Positions 1 to 10,293 of a stretch of 64,000 nucleotides of DNA are shown piece after piece; within the stretch, counting starts at the first letter, position 1, and each line of letters starts with the position of its first letter. A program made the translations under genes and the position numbers. Under the pieces are notes generated by a model, which was not told the origin of the DNA, made no database searches, and worked only from the letters and a program-made list of their open reading frames with translations. This DNA comes from Longimicrobiales bacterium (GTDB lineage Bacteria; Gemmatimonadota; Gemmatimonadetes; Longimicrobiales; Gaopeijiaceae), in assembly GCA_965116905.1 (NCBI GenBank), contig OZ220732.1, positions 1,888,001-1,952,000 on the forward strand, in the 5' to 3' direction.

Positions 1-1
1 C

Positions 2-736
2 GGCGCCCGGGTCGGCGTCGCCCGCGACTTCCTCGGCTACGACACCGAGGTCGACTGGATCATCGAGGCCGCGCTCGACCGCATGCGCGAGGCCGGCGCG
101 ACGGTGGTCGACGTGCGCTACCCGTCCTGGCTTCTCGACGTCAAGGCCGATTTCTACCAGACCATCCGCTTCCGCGAGTTCCCGGTGCAGATGGAGGCTT
201 ACCTGGCCACGCTGTCGCCGGGCTATCCGCGCACCGTGGAGGAGATGGCAGAGCGTGCGAAGCAGGTCCTCGCGCCGATGCCCGACGGCGGCAGGCCCAA
301 TCCCACGCGCTGGAGCTTCTTCGAGCAGGAACTGGCCGGTGGATCGCTCGACGACGCCGAGTACGCGGCGATGCGCGACCACGGTCTGCCGCTGGTCCGC
401 GACCTCCTGGTCGGCGTGCTCGACGACCACGGCCTCGACGCGATCGTCTACCCCACGTCACCCACGCGGCCCGGTCCCGCGGGCGTCTACCGCGGCTCGT
501 CGGCCCCCAATCCGGCGCCGTCCGCGACCAACCTGGCCAACCTGAGCGGCCTCCCCGACCTGATCGTGCCTGCCGGCTACACGGGCGACCGCCTCCCGGT
601 CGGGATTTCCTTCCTGGGGCGCGAGTTCAGCGAGGCCCGGCTGCTCGCGCTGGGATATGCGTTCGAGCAGGCGACCCGCGTGAGGCGCGACCCGGTGCAT
701 GCGCCCGCGCTGCCGGGAGATACGATCCCGCGCTGA
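2..736 (+). CDS. Amidase signature family protein, C-terminal part (5' truncated by window edge)
   Basis: Frame is open from base 2 (GARVGVARDFLGY...). Motifs LDAIVYP, GLPDLIVPAGY...LPVGISFLG...SEARLLALGYAFEQAT are typical of amidase C-termini. Similar to the amidase at 29172. Confidence 0.85.
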   Translation, partial: GARVGVARDFLGYDTEVDWIIEAALDRMREAGATVVDVRYPSWLLDVKADFYQTIRFREFPVQMEAYLATLSPGYPRTVEEMAERAKQVLAPMPDGGRPNPTRWSFFEQELAGGSLDDAEYAAMRDHGLPLVRDLLVGVLDDHGLDAIVYPTSPTRPGPAGVYRGSSAPNPAPSATNLANLSGLPDLIVPAGYTGDRLPVGISFLGREFSEARLLALGYAFEQATRVRRDPVHAPALPGDTIPR

Positions 737-814
737 AGGCCCATCTGCGCTGCACGCCGCGGCGCACGCTGCGTTGCACGAGGATCGCGCCGCGCCGAAC
801 GAGTAACGAGTCGC

Positions 815-3800
815 CTATTCCGCCCTGGCCTCTGCAGCCATGACCAGCGACGGCAGCAGGTAGAGTATGAAGAAGCCGGAGAATACCAGTCCGCCGAGCA
901 TGCTCACAACGAAGGGCACGAGAATCATCAGTTCCTCGGTCCGCACGTAGAGCAGGGGTGCGAGCGCCAGGATTGTCGTCAGGCTGGTCAGAAACACCGC
1001 CCGGAAACGATGGCGGGTTGCGGCGGATGCGGCGGCGATCGCCGGGATCATGCTGCTCTCTCGGCGCAGGACGTTGTAGCGATCCATCAGCACGAGCGCG
1101 TCGTTTACGATGACGCCCGCGACTCCGATCACCCCGAACAGCGACATGGCGCTGAAGTCCCATCCCAGGATCCAGTGACTCACGACCGCTCCCGCAAACG
1201 CGATCGGAATACCGACGACGGCGATCACGGGTTTCCAGTAGCTGCGGAGGAAGGCAGCGATCAGGACATACATCGCGATGAGCAGCAGGGGAATCAGCAC
1301 GGCCAGGGTCCCAAGCAGGTTGCCCTCCGTGCGGGCGCTGCCGTGGGGTTCGATTCGGAGATTCCGGTAGCTCTCGAGCAGCTCCGGAACAAGGTTCTCG
1401 TTTATCTGGCGCCTGGCCTGTAGGGGGGTCAGCAGGGCAGGGTCGGCTTCGGCGCTCACGAGGGCGGTCTGCTGTCCGTCGATGCTGACCAGTGCAGACA
1501 GTTCGCGCCGCTCGCTCAGATCGGCCACCGTTGAGAGAGGGACCTCTCCTCCGGATGCCGGGGGGGCCGGGCTGGCGCGATTCTCCCCGGTGCCGGGCCG
1601 ATGGATCCGTTCGCTGGCGAGCTCGCGCATGCTCTGGCGCCGTTCCCTGGGGTATCTCACCATCACCCTGATCTCATCGTGGCCGCGCTGAATGCGCTGG
1701 ACCTCCGCCCCATGGAAACTGGCACGGAGCTGTACCCCTATCCCGGCGGGCGTCAGCCCCGCCGCCTTCCCCGCAGGAGTCAGTTCGATTTCGAATTGAC
1801 GCTTGCCCAGCACCAGGTTGTCGGCGATTCCGTATATCCCGGGCATGGACGCCATCGATGCGGTCAGCTCGTTCGTGGCGGCTCGCAGGCTGTCCAGGTC
1901 GTCGTGCTTCAGGGCGTAGGCCACGCCCGCCTCGGACTGCGTGCGCTGCGTGTAATAGGTCACGTTCTGCAGGTACGACACATCGCCGGCGTTCTCGCGC
2001 CATTGACGCGTGATCCCCGGTACCGACATGCGCCGGATCGGCCGCTCATGCAGATGGACCACTACGGATGCCAGGTGGCTTCTGTTGGGACCGGCTTCGG
2101 CTGTTCGCCGCGAGAGGACGTTGCCGGCGATGATGCTGACCGCCTCGACCGACGTTCCTTCGCTCTGATCATTCACGGCCAGTGCCGCGTCGGAGAATCG
2201 CTCCGCCGCGGCGAGCGTCACCTCGAACGGCGTGCCCACGGGCAGCGTGAGGTCGGCCTGAATGTTCTCGGAGGAATTCAGCACTTCGTCGAAGTAGACG
2301 ATGCGCACGGCGTCGCTCCGGAGCAGCAGGAGTGCGAACAGGACGAGCAGGGTCCCCAGAACCGGCGCAAACCAGAGGTGGCGAATGGACCAGGAGACCG
2401 CGGGCACCACGACCATGTCGCGAAGCGTCTGCAAGCGAGCGTGTGCCCGATGCTGAAAGTCTGACAGCGGCGGCAGGCTCCAGCGCCCCCGATGGGACAG
2501 GTGGGCCGGCAATATGAAGAATGCCTCGATCAGCGAGACCGTAAGGACAAAGAGTGCCACATACGGGAACACGTTGACGATCTGGAGTCGAGGGGGGGTG
2601 ATGAAGAGAAGCGGGATGAACGCGAGCATTGTGGTTACCGCACCGATTGTGATCGGCCCCACCATGGCGCGTGCGCCCGACACCGCGGCCTCAAGTGGAC
2701 CCTTCCCGCCCTCTCGTTCGGCCGCGATGCTGTCGCCGACGACCACCGCGTCGTCCACGACGATGCCCACCATCAGGAAGAACGCGAAGATCGTTCCCAG
2801 ATTGAGCGTGAGGCCGCTCATTCCGAAGAAGATCAGGGAACCCAGAAAGGACAGGGGAATGCCCAGGGTGACCCAGGTGGCCACACGAAGGTCGAAAAAC
2901 ACGACAAGGCACAGCAGGACCAGTATTGTGCCCACCACTGCGTTTCCGACGATCGACGATATCGTGTGGACGGCATCGCCCGCCCGGTCGCTCCAGATGC
3001 CGATCTCGACGTTCGGAGGAGGCTGGTAGCTCGCAAGCCAGCTTCTGATGTCGTCGCCCATGGTCACGATCGACTGCTGCCCGGACGCGTCGACGCGAAC
3101 CAGTATGGCGGGGTCTCCATCAACCCGGGTGACGATGTCTTCGTCCACGAACCCGTCACGAATCTCCGCAACCTCGCCGACGGTGAGAATCGAGCCATCG
3201 AGCCGCGTGATTACCGGAATGTCCTCGAACTCCTCGCCGAACTGCCGCTTGGAGACGGTGTGCAGCACGAGGCCTCCGGCGTCCGTACGCAGTTCGCCAA
3301 AGGTCAAATTCAGGGAGGCACGCCGAATCGCATCCGTGATCTGGTTGATGGAGAGTCCGTTGCGGCGCAGCTCCACCTCGCTCAGCTCGATCGAAATCTC
3401 GCGATCCCGCGTGCCGAGGAGCGTCACCTGGGAAACGGACGGCAGCTCGAGCAGCCCTTCCCGCAACGCCTGGGCGGCCAGCCGCAATTCGTTCTCGGTG
3501 GCCGATGCGGACGAGACGGAGAGCGTCAGAACCTCGATCTCCAACCGATTGTATTCGATCTCGGGCTGTTCCGCGGAAACCGGCGGAAAGTTCTCGATAC
3601 GGTCCACGGCATTCTTGACGTCGTCCAGGACGGCGGCGGCGTCCGCGAAGGTGGCCAGTTCGACCGTGACGTGGGCAAGCCCCTCATAGGCCGCTGCAAC
3701 GACACGCTCCACCCCTGGCAGCCCGACCACGTTTTCCTCGAGCCGCCGTACGATGTCCTCCCGAACCTCCCTGGGCGAGGAACCGGGCGACCTGACGGAG

Positions 3801-3946
3801 ACGGTGACGCTGCGGAGGTCGATCTCCGGAAAGTTCTGGACAGGGAGGTTGGAGCCCGCGATCAGGCCGCCGACGATGAAGAACAGCATTAGGAGGTTCG
3901 CGGCGACCGGATTTCCGGCGAAGTATGCGATCAGCCCGTTTTTCAC
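815..3946 (-). CDS. RND efflux transporter permease (AcrB/AcrD/AcrF family)
   Basis: 1043 aa; N-terminal NPVAANLLM TM helix, GIVVDDAVVV and GVIVNDALV proton-relay motifs, RFRAVFLTSLTT. Confidence 0.92.
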   Translation of the reverse strand: MKNGLIAYFAGNPVAANLLMLFFIVGGLIAGSNLPVQNFPEIDLRSVTVSVRSPGSSPREVREDIVRRLEENVVGLPGVERVVAAAYEGLAHVTVELATFADAAAVLDDVKNAVDRIENFPPVSAEQPEIEYNRLEIEVLTLSVSSASATENELRLAAQALREGLLELPSVSQVTLLGTRDREISIELSEVELRRNGLSINQITDAIRRASLNLTFGELRTDAGGLVLHTVSKRQFGEEFEDIPVITRLDGSILTVGEVAEIRDGFVDEDIVTRVDGDPAILVRVDASGQQSIVTMGDDIRSWLASYQPPPNVEIGIWSDRAGDAVHTISSIVGNAVVGTILVLLCLVVFFDLRVATWVTLGIPLSFLGSLIFFGMSGLTLNLGTIFAFFLMVGIVVDDAVVVGDSIAAEREGGKGPLEAAVSGARAMVGPITIGAVTTMLAFIPLLFITPPRLQIVNVFPYVALFVLTVSLIEAFFILPAHLSHRGRWSLPPLSDFQHRAHARLQTLRDMVVVPAVSWSIRHLWFAPVLGTLLVLFALLLLRSDAVRIVYFDEVLNSSENIQADLTLPVGTPFEVTLAAAERFSDAALAVNDQSEGTSVEAVSIIAGNVLSRRTAEAGPNRSHLASVVVHLHERPIRRMSVPGITRQWRENAGDVSYLQNVTYYTQRTQSEAGVAYALKHDDLDSLRAATNELTASMASMPGIYGIADNLVLGKRQFEIELTPAGKAAGLTPAGIGVQLRASFHGAEVQRIQRGHDEIRVMVRYPRERRQSMRELASERIHRPGTGENRASPAPPASGGEVPLSTVADLSERRELSALVSIDGQQTALVSAEADPALLTPLQARRQINENLVPELLESYRNLRIEPHGSARTEGNLLGTLAVLIPLLLIAMYVLIAAFLRSYWKPVIAVVGIPIAFAGAVVSHWILGWDFSAMSLFGVIGVAGVIVNDALVLMDRYNVLRRESSMIPAIAAASAATRHRFRAVFLTSLTTILALAPLLYVRTEELMILVPFVVSMLGGLVFSGFFILYLLPSLVMAAEARAE

Positions 3947-3951
3947 AGGCC

Positions 3952-5037
3952 CTAGGACCCTGCGTCCGCCAACTCGACCGCCAGTCCTTCCCGTGCCCCG
4001 GGCAGGGCGCCGATGACGATGCCGTCGGCCGCGTCAAATGCCTCGACCACCAGTCCCTCGCTGGTCCACCCGATCGCGTTGGGGACGACCCGACGCAGGG
4101 TACTGTTTTCGACAACCCACACGGCGTCGTCCTGCTGCAGAACCGATTCCGGCAGCAGATAGACGTTTCGGTGTGGGGGGCCCTCGATCTCAACTTCGGC
4201 GAAGGTGTTCGGCAGAGGCAGCGAGCTGGTACGCCGAGCGGGCGAGAACCGCAGGAAGATCGTGGACAGACGCGTCCTCGGTGCAAGCACGGATGAGACG
4301 CGGACAATCCTCGCAGCATGAACGCCGGAATCCGTGGATACCCGCGCGGAGCGGCCGACTGCCGGGGCCAGATAGGCCAGGTCGGCCACCTCGATCGGTA
4401 CATCGACCTCCAGTGCGTCGGTGCTGTAGACGATGCCCAGCATCGCCTGGGCGCCGACAAGCTCCGGCGGGCCGACCAGCTCACCCACGCTCACATCCGC
4501 GCTGATCACCCGAGCCTCGTAGGGCAGGGAGATTTCCGTGCGGCTGAGCGCGAGTTCGGCCAGGCGCAGCGCGATTCGAGCGCTCTCGAGCGCGGCTGCG
4601 GATGCGGGCCCGGGCTGTGTCGACAGTCGCGCCTCGGCCTCCGCAACCGCGTAGTGCGCGGCTTGTACCTCGAGCGAGTACTTGACCGTGTCAATCCTCA
4701 CGAAGGGCTCGTCTGCCGCGAGTCTCCCCCCGTTGGTGAACTCCGGAGATACCCAGGTCACGCGGCCTCCCACTTCGGCCATCACCGAGACGCGGTCCGC
4801 GAGTGTGACCGTACCCGTGAGTTCCACGGTCATCGACTCTTCGGTCACGACCGGGTCGAATGTGCTGACCGTCGGCGTCCCGGATTCGACCGCGGCTCTG
4901 GAACCCACGTCGACTTCGACTCGGGCGGGCGCGCGGGCCATGCGCAGGGCGACTACGACCAGAAACGCGATGAGGAGCAGTTGCGCGTACCCGCGCCACC
5001 TCGGTCGATTACCTCGGTCAGCAGAATCGCTTGGCAT
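3952..5037 (-). CDS. RND efflux periplasmic adaptor (membrane fusion protein)
   Basis: N-terminal TM anchor, lipoyl-like EVGGRVTWV, helical hairpin, TEISLPYEARV; directly upstream of the RND permease. Confidence 0.88.
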   Translation of the reverse strand: MPSDSADRGNRPRWRGYAQLLLIAFLVVVALRMARAPARVEVDVGSRAAVESGTPTVSTFDPVVTEESMTVELTGTVTLADRVSVMAEVGGRVTWVSPEFTNGGRLAADEPFVRIDTVKYSLEVQAAHYAVAEAEARLSTQPGPASAAALESARIALRLAELALSRTEISLPYEARVISADVSVGELVGPPELVGAQAMLGIVYSTDALEVDVPIEVADLAYLAPAVGRSARVSTDSGVHAARIVRVSSVLAPRTRLSTIFLRFSPARRTSSLPLPNTFAEVEIEGPPHRNVYLLPESVLQQDDAVWVVENSTLRRVVPNAIGWTSEGLVVEAFDAADGIVIGALPGAREGLAVELADAGS

Positions 5038-5220
5038 CGTTCAACCGTTGCGTCTTGAAGGGGTCGGGTAGCCATCTTAACCGCTTGTGCGAATAACCAC
5101 AACTTCGCTCCAACCGTCTGCCGCCAGCATCGGGCAACGGGTTCGCCGTCAGCGTTGTCGGCCCTTAGCTTCCTGTATGGACAGCTGGCAGGATGGCACC
5201 TTTTGTGGGAGCCAGGGGAA

Positions 5221-5274
5221 CAAGGTTCCGTGATCCCACCAGGTCCCGCGATCCCACAAGGTCCCGCGATCCCG
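5221..5274. repeat. Three imperfect 18-bp tandem repeats (c[a/c]aggt[t/c]ccg[t/c]gatccc[a/g])
   Basis: caaggttccgtgatccca / ccaggtcccgcgatccca / caaggtcccgcgatcccg read directly. Confidence 0.85.
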
Positions 5275-5308
5275 CCGCATGCGCCCCACGACACGAGGAT
5301 GGAGTCTC

Positions 5309-8008
5309 ATGACAACCCCATCACGGCTCGAAGGTCTCGTTCTTGTCGTTTCCGCGTTTGCGTTCGCCGGAGCGGGCGTCGTTCCGGCGGGTGTCCAGGC
5401 CCAACAGGGGACGATCGCCGGCCAGGTTACGGATGCCGAAACGGGAGAGGCCCTTTCCGATGCGGCGGTCGAGGCGCTTGGGGCGGCGGGGCCGGTCGCG
5501 ACCAACCAGCAAGGACGTTTCAGCCTTGGCGTGGCTTCCGGGTCGCACACCCTCGTGGTGACGCTGATCGGATACGAAACCGCCCGGGTGGATGGTGTCG
5601 AGGTGGCCGCGGGCGGCGCTGCGGAAGTCTCCGTGTCGCTGCGCTCGCAGGCGCTGCTTCTCAATCCCATCGTCGTGACTGCGTCGCGCCGTCAGGAGAA
5701 GGCGCTCGACGCGCCGGCGTCGATCTCCACCGTTTCGTCCAGCGACGTGGCCCGAACGGCGGCGGTCACCGTTGCGGAACACGTGCGCGGGCTGCCCGGG
5801 ATCGACGCGGCGCAGACCGGGCTGAGCCGGACGGCGGTTGTGGCCCGCGGGTTCAACAACGTGTCTTCCGGCTCGCTCCTGACGATCATCGACAACCGCT
5901 ATGCACGCATTCCCTCGCTTCGATTCAATGCGTACAGCCTGTTCCCGACGACGGATCTGGACATCGAGCGAATCGAGGTTTCGCTGGGCCCGGGAGCCGC
6001 GCTCTACGGCCCGAACGCATCGAACGGCGTGATGCACATCATCACTTCGTCGCCACTCGACGAACAGGGCTCCACCATTTCACTGGCGGGAGGTGAGCGT
6101 TCGGTTTTTCACGGTCAGTTCCGCTCCGCCCACGCTGCTTCCGAGAACTTCGGCGTCAAGATCTCGGGACAGTACCAGCAGGGGAACGACTGGGAGTACG
6201 ACGATCCGTTCGAGATTGTCTCTCGCGACTATGAAACGTCGCGGTACAGTGCCGATGCCCGGTTCGACGTGCGCTTCGGCGATGACGGCGCGTTCATCCT
6301 GAATACCGGAACCAGCAAGATCGGCAGCGGCATCTCAATGACGCGGATCGGTGCCAGCCAGGTGAGAAACTGGGGCTACAACTTCGCCCAGACCCGCCTG
6401 ACGAAGGGTCGGCTCTTCGCCCAGGCGTTCCTGAATCAGACGAACTCCGGGAGCACCGCAACGGGGGGATCGGCCGAAGCGGGAACATTTCTGCTGCGGA
6501 CCGGCGGCCCGGTGGTGGACCAGTCGCGCACCATGGCGGCGCAGTTTCAATACGGCTTCGATGTCGGACCCTGGCAGAGCTTCATCTACGGCGTCGATTG
6601 GCAGCGCACCGAGCCGCGCACCGGGGGTACGATCTTCGGGCGGAACGAGAATGACGACGTCGTCTCCGAAGCCGGCACGTATCTGCACTCGGAGACGTCT
6701 CTGGGCGACCGGGTGGACCTCGTCACGGCCATCCGCCTGGACGATCACAACCGCCTTGCCGACATGAACATCTCCCCTCGCGCCGCCCTCGTGGTCCGCC
6801 CGGCCGACGACCACAACTTCCGCCTCACCTACAATCGGGCCTTCGCGACTCCGACCACCACCAATCTCTTTCTGGACATCATCGCGGGGCGGATCCCCGT
6901 GGCCGGAGACATCAGCTACAATATCCGCGCGCTCAGCGTGCCCTCGGGTGGCTTCACCTTCGGGGCTCAGTGCCCGGGCGGCGTCATGTCCTACTGCATG
7001 CGCTCGCCCGTGGTTGCCGGCCCCATCCCGGCAAACGCCGCCTTGCTCTGGGAGGCGCTCCTCCAGCTGCTGCCGTCGCTCGATCCCCGGACCGCACCGA
7101 TCGTCAATTTCCTGAAAGACCCGGGAACCCGCCCCGGGGATCCCACCCTCGGCACGGTGCTCCGCCTCCTGGACCAGTCGGCCACCGATCCCTCCATGAG
7201 GTTCCCGCTGAACGACTCGCCGACGGAGAACAGGGCCGAACTCGTCTCGACCATCAACAATACGTACGAGGTCGGCTACAAGGGCATGATCAGGAACAAG
7301 GTGCTCCTGTCCGTCGACGCCTGGTTCAGCCGGGTGGAGAACTTCATCGGCCCGCTGCAGATCATCACGCCGAACGTGTTCCTCGATCCCGCCAGCGCCG
7401 GGGCATTCATCGTCCATCGTCTGACTCCGCTTATCCGGGCGGGCCGCATCACCCGGGAGGGTGCGCTGGGAATCGCCGAGCTCCTCGCTTCAGCGCCGCT
7501 GGGCACCGTCGTGCCCGATCAGTCGGAGTCCGCTGACCTCATCGTGACGTATCGGAACTTCGGCGAAGTCGATTTCTGGGGGACGGACCTGGCGGCGCAG
7601 ATCCTCGCGTCGGACCGACTGCGGATCAACGCGAACTACTCCTTCCAGAGCGACGAGTGCTTCGATTTCAACGAAGACGGCCTGTGCACCAGTTCGGACG
7701 ACATCGCGCTCAATGCCCCCAATCACAAGGGATCGGTGGGGTTTACCTTCGACGACCGGGCCGCAGGCTTCTCTTTTGGCGGACGGCTGCGGATGACCAC
7801 CGCCTTTCCGATGAACTCCGGCGTGTACAGGGGTGATGTGGACGGATACAGCATTCTGGATGTCCTGATCGGATACCGGCTCCCCTTCCAGCCCGGCACG
7901 GAGGTTTCGCTGACGGCGAACAACATCCTCAACAACCTGCACCGGGAGTTCGTGGGTGCGCCGGAGATCGGCAGGATGCTGGTGGCGAGGGTGAGGTACG
8001 ACTTCTGA
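5309..8008 (+). CDS. TonB-dependent outer membrane receptor with N-terminal carboxypeptidase-regulatory-like domain
   Basis: Signal peptide ending VQA-QQ, GTIAGQVTDAETGE domain, IVVTASRR TonB box/plug, IERIEVSLGPGAALYGPNA, C-terminal RYDF. Start chosen at ATG 5309 after GGAG. Confidence 0.92.
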   Translation: MTTPSRLEGLVLVVSAFAFAGAGVVPAGVQAQQGTIAGQVTDAETGEALSDAAVEALGAAGPVATNQQGRFSLGVASGSHTLVVTLIGYETARVDGVEVAAGGAAEVSVSLRSQALLLNPIVVTASRRQEKALDAPASISTVSSSDVARTAAVTVAEHVRGLPGIDAAQTGLSRTAVVARGFNNVSSGSLLTIIDNRYARIPSLRFNAYSLFPTTDLDIERIEVSLGPGAALYGPNASNGVMHIITSSPLDEQGSTISLAGGERSVFHGQFRSAHAASENFGVKISGQYQQGNDWEYDDPFEIVSRDYETSRYSADARFDVRFGDDGAFILNTGTSKIGSGISMTRIGASQVRNWGYNFAQTRLTKGRLFAQAFLNQTNSGSTATGGSAEAGTFLLRTGGPVVDQSRTMAAQFQYGFDVGPWQSFIYGVDWQRTEPRTGGTIFGRNENDDVVSEAGTYLHSETSLGDRVDLVTAIRLDDHNRLADMNISPRAALVVRPADDHNFRLTYNRAFATPTTTNLFLDIIAGRIPVAGDISYNIRALSVPSGGFTFGAQCPGGVMSYCMRSPVVAGPIPANAALLWEALLQLLPSLDPRTAPIVNFLKDPGTRPGDPTLGTVLRLLDQSATDPSMRFPLNDSPTENRAELVSTINNTYEVGYKGMIRNKVLLSVDAWFSRVENFIGPLQIITPNVFLDPASAGAFIVHRLTPLIRAGRITREGALGIAELLASAPLGTVVPDQSESADLIVTYRNFGEVDFWGTDLAAQILASDRLRINANYSFQSDECFDFNEDGLCTSSDDIALNAPNHKGSVGFTFDDRAAGFSFGGRLRMTTAFPMNSGVYRGDVDGYSILDVLIGYRLPFQPGTEVSLTANNILNNLHREFVGAPEIGRMLVARVRYDF

Positions 8009-8132
8009 GGGCAGTCGGCTCGACGCCGAGGCCGCCACCCCGCGTGGCAGAGTCGGCGCTGGCGCCGAACTTGTCGCCGGGACTGCGGCTGCCTACCGTG
8101 CCAGTCACAACTCACATCTCCCGGAGACACGA

Positions 8133-9188
8133 ATGACCCGCACCAAGTTCGCTTTCGGAGTCGTTGCCACCACGGCGCTGGCCACCGCGGCCCTGGCCGC
8201 AGCGGCCCTCCCCACCGCGGTCCCCCTCATGGCCCAGCACGACACCAGCAGCCCCTTCCGCCCCATCTACGGCTGGGGCGAGCTGCCCGAGGGCAGGGAG
8301 TGGGGCTCGACCAGCGCCATCGAGATCGCGCCGGACGGAAACATCTGGGTCGCGGAGCGCTGCGGGCGAAACACCTGCGTCGGCTCGGACGTCGACCCGA
8401 TCCTGCTCTTCGACAAGGAGGGGAACCTGCTGCGCAGCTTCGGCGCCGGCCTGATCGCGTGGCCGCACGGGATCGACGTGGACCACGAGGGCAACGTCTG
8501 GGTGACCGACGCGTGGCGGTCAATGGCGACCACCACCGGCAACACGGTGCTCAAGTTCTCTCCCGAGGGCGAGCTGCTGATGACGATCGGCACTCCCGGG
8601 GAAGCCGGCGACCCCCCCACCCACCTCACCCAGCCCTCCGACGTGCTGGTCGCTCCCAACGGACAGATCTACGTCGCCGACTCGCACGACCGCACGCGGG
8701 GCCGGATCGTCCGGTACGCCCCCGACGGCACCTACATGGAGACGTGGGGCGAACTCGGCTACGGACCCAAGCAGTTCCGCGATCCGCACGCGCTCGCGAT
8801 GGACTCGCAGGGCCGCATCTTCGTGGGCGACCGCTACAACAACCGCATCCAGATCTTCGACCAGGAGGGCGAGTTCCTCGCGATCTGGACGCAGTTCGGG
8901 CGCCCGAGCGGGCTCTACATCGACGCCGACGACAACATCTACGTGGCCGATTCGGAGTCGAGCCCGGCGCCCAACGAGTTCACCGGGCAGCGCAACGCCG
9001 GGTGGGAGAAGGGGATCCGCATCGGCGACGCCCGCATGGGGTGGGTGCACCACTTCCTGCCGGACGACCGCGCCAACGTGATGGGGTTCAGCGGCCCGGA
9101 AGGCGTCGCGGTCGACGACGAGGGCAACGTGTATGGCGCCGAGGTGTCCCAGCGGCGCATCACGAAGTGGGTGCGGTTCAGGCGGTAG
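8133..9188 (+). CDS. Secreted NHL-repeat beta-propeller (peptidyl-alpha-hydroxyglycine amidating lyase-like)
   Basis: Signal peptide; repeats WPHGIDVDHEGNVWVTD, PHALAMDSQGRIFVGDRYNNRIQIFD. Confidence 0.85.
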   Translation: MTRTKFAFGVVATTALATAALAAAALPTAVPLMAQHDTSSPFRPIYGWGELPEGREWGSTSAIEIAPDGNIWVAERCGRNTCVGSDVDPILLFDKEGNLLRSFGAGLIAWPHGIDVDHEGNVWVTDAWRSMATTTGNTVLKFSPEGELLMTIGTPGEAGDPPTHLTQPSDVLVAPNGQIYVADSHDRTRGRIVRYAPDGTYMETWGELGYGPKQFRDPHALAMDSQGRIFVGDRYNNRIQIFDQEGEFLAIWTQFGRPSGLYIDADDNIYVADSESSPAPNEFTGQRNAGWEKGIRIGDARMGWVHHFLPDDRANVMGFSGPEGVAVDDEGNVYGAEVSQRRITKWVRFRR

Positions 9189-9191
9189 GGC

Positions 9192-10274
9192 TCATGCCCC
9201 CTGAGCCCCCCGAACGCCCCGCACCGCCCGCTTCACCAGGTTCCTGAGCAGCGGGACCTTGAAGTGGTTGTAGTCGAGGGGATCGGCGCCCCTGACCGCG
9301 AGCTCACCGGCCATCTCCGCCGTCTCCTCGTCGCGGGGACGCCCCCGCACCAGGTCCTCCACGGCGGTCATGCGGCGCGGAACGCACTGCACGGCCCCGG
9401 CGACGATGCGGATGTCCTCGATGATGCCCCCGCCGTTCGCCCGGCTGCCGTTCCCGCCGGCGCCGTTCCCGCCCCCGCCGTCCTCCGTCCGCACCGCCGC
9501 GGCCACGCTCACGAGCGCGAAGTCCCAGGTCTTCCGGTCCGCCACCTTCTCGAAGTGGAAGTCGGCGCCGGCCCAGCGGCCCGGGATGCGGATCGCGGTG
9601 AGGAGGTCGCGCTCTCCCAGCACGGTCATGCGCGTGATGTCGACGCCGGGCGGCATGAAGAACTCCGCCGCGGGGACGACCTTCTCGCGGCGCGCGCTCC
9701 GCACGACCATGTCCGCTTCCAGCGCCACCAGCGCCGGCGCGACATCGGACGGGGTGACGGCCACGCAGCGGTCGGCGCCGAAGATGGCGTGTTCGCGGTT
9801 CATTGCGCCGGGGGCGCCCGCATAGCAGGTGTTGCCGCCCGCCCGGTAGCAGGTCATGCCATAGCGGTAGTACCAGCAGCGGGTGTCCTGGCAGACGTTC
9901 CCCCCGATGGTTCCCGCGTGGCGGATCTGCGGACTCGCGACCTCTGCCGCGGCGTCGGCCAGGAGCGCGTAACGTGACCGGATGAGGGGGTCGGCCTCCA
10001 CCGCGGCCAGCGTGGTCATCGCGCCGATCTCGATGCCATCGCTGCCGCCGGGGCCGTCGTCGCCCTCCCGTCCCCTCACACCCCTGAGTTCGGCGATCCC
10101 CTCGAGATCGATGACCACGGCGGGCTGCTTGCCGCGGTTCTTGAACCAGTCGAAGCTGTCGTAGCCGCCGGCCAGCGGCCACGCGTCGGCTCCGTGGCGG
10201 CTCAGCAGTTCGAGCGCGCTGTCGAGGTCGGCCGGCTGGAGCAGGTCGAAGTGGGTCATCATGTCGTTCATCAT
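9192..10274 (-). CDS. Xanthine dehydrogenase-family FAD-binding subunit (PaoB/YagS-like, with 4Fe-4S Cys insert)
   Basis: LAGGYD, ASPQIRHAGTIGGNVCQDTRCWYYR...C...C...C, FEKVADRKTWDFA. Confidence 0.9.
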   Translation of the reverse strand: MMNDMMTHFDLLQPADLDSALELLSRHGADAWPLAGGYDSFDWFKNRGKQPAVVIDLEGIAELRGVRGREGDDGPGGSDGIEIGAMTTLAAVEADPLIRSRYALLADAAAEVASPQIRHAGTIGGNVCQDTRCWYYRYGMTCYRAGGNTCYAGAPGAMNREHAIFGADRCVAVTPSDVAPALVALEADMVVRSARREKVVPAAEFFMPPGVDITRMTVLGERDLLTAIRIPGRWAGADFHFEKVADRKTWDFALVSVAAAVRTEDGGGGNGAGGNGSRANGGGIIEDIRIVAGAVQCVPRRMTAVEDLVRGRPRDEETAEMAGELAVRGADPLDYNHFKVPLLRNLVKRAVRGVRGAQGA

Positions 10275-10293
10275 GGCCGACTCCCGAGCCTTC

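Noticed and set aside
5221..5274. Possible CRISPR-like repeats (also 28942-28990 and 17440-17485)
   Set aside because: The units are contiguous tandem repeats without unique spacers, and there are no cas genes in the window.
8011..8086. tRNA-length cloverleaf
   Set aside because: No T-loop TTCRA, D-loop GG, 7-bp acceptor stem or CCA on either strand, so it is not called as a tRNA.
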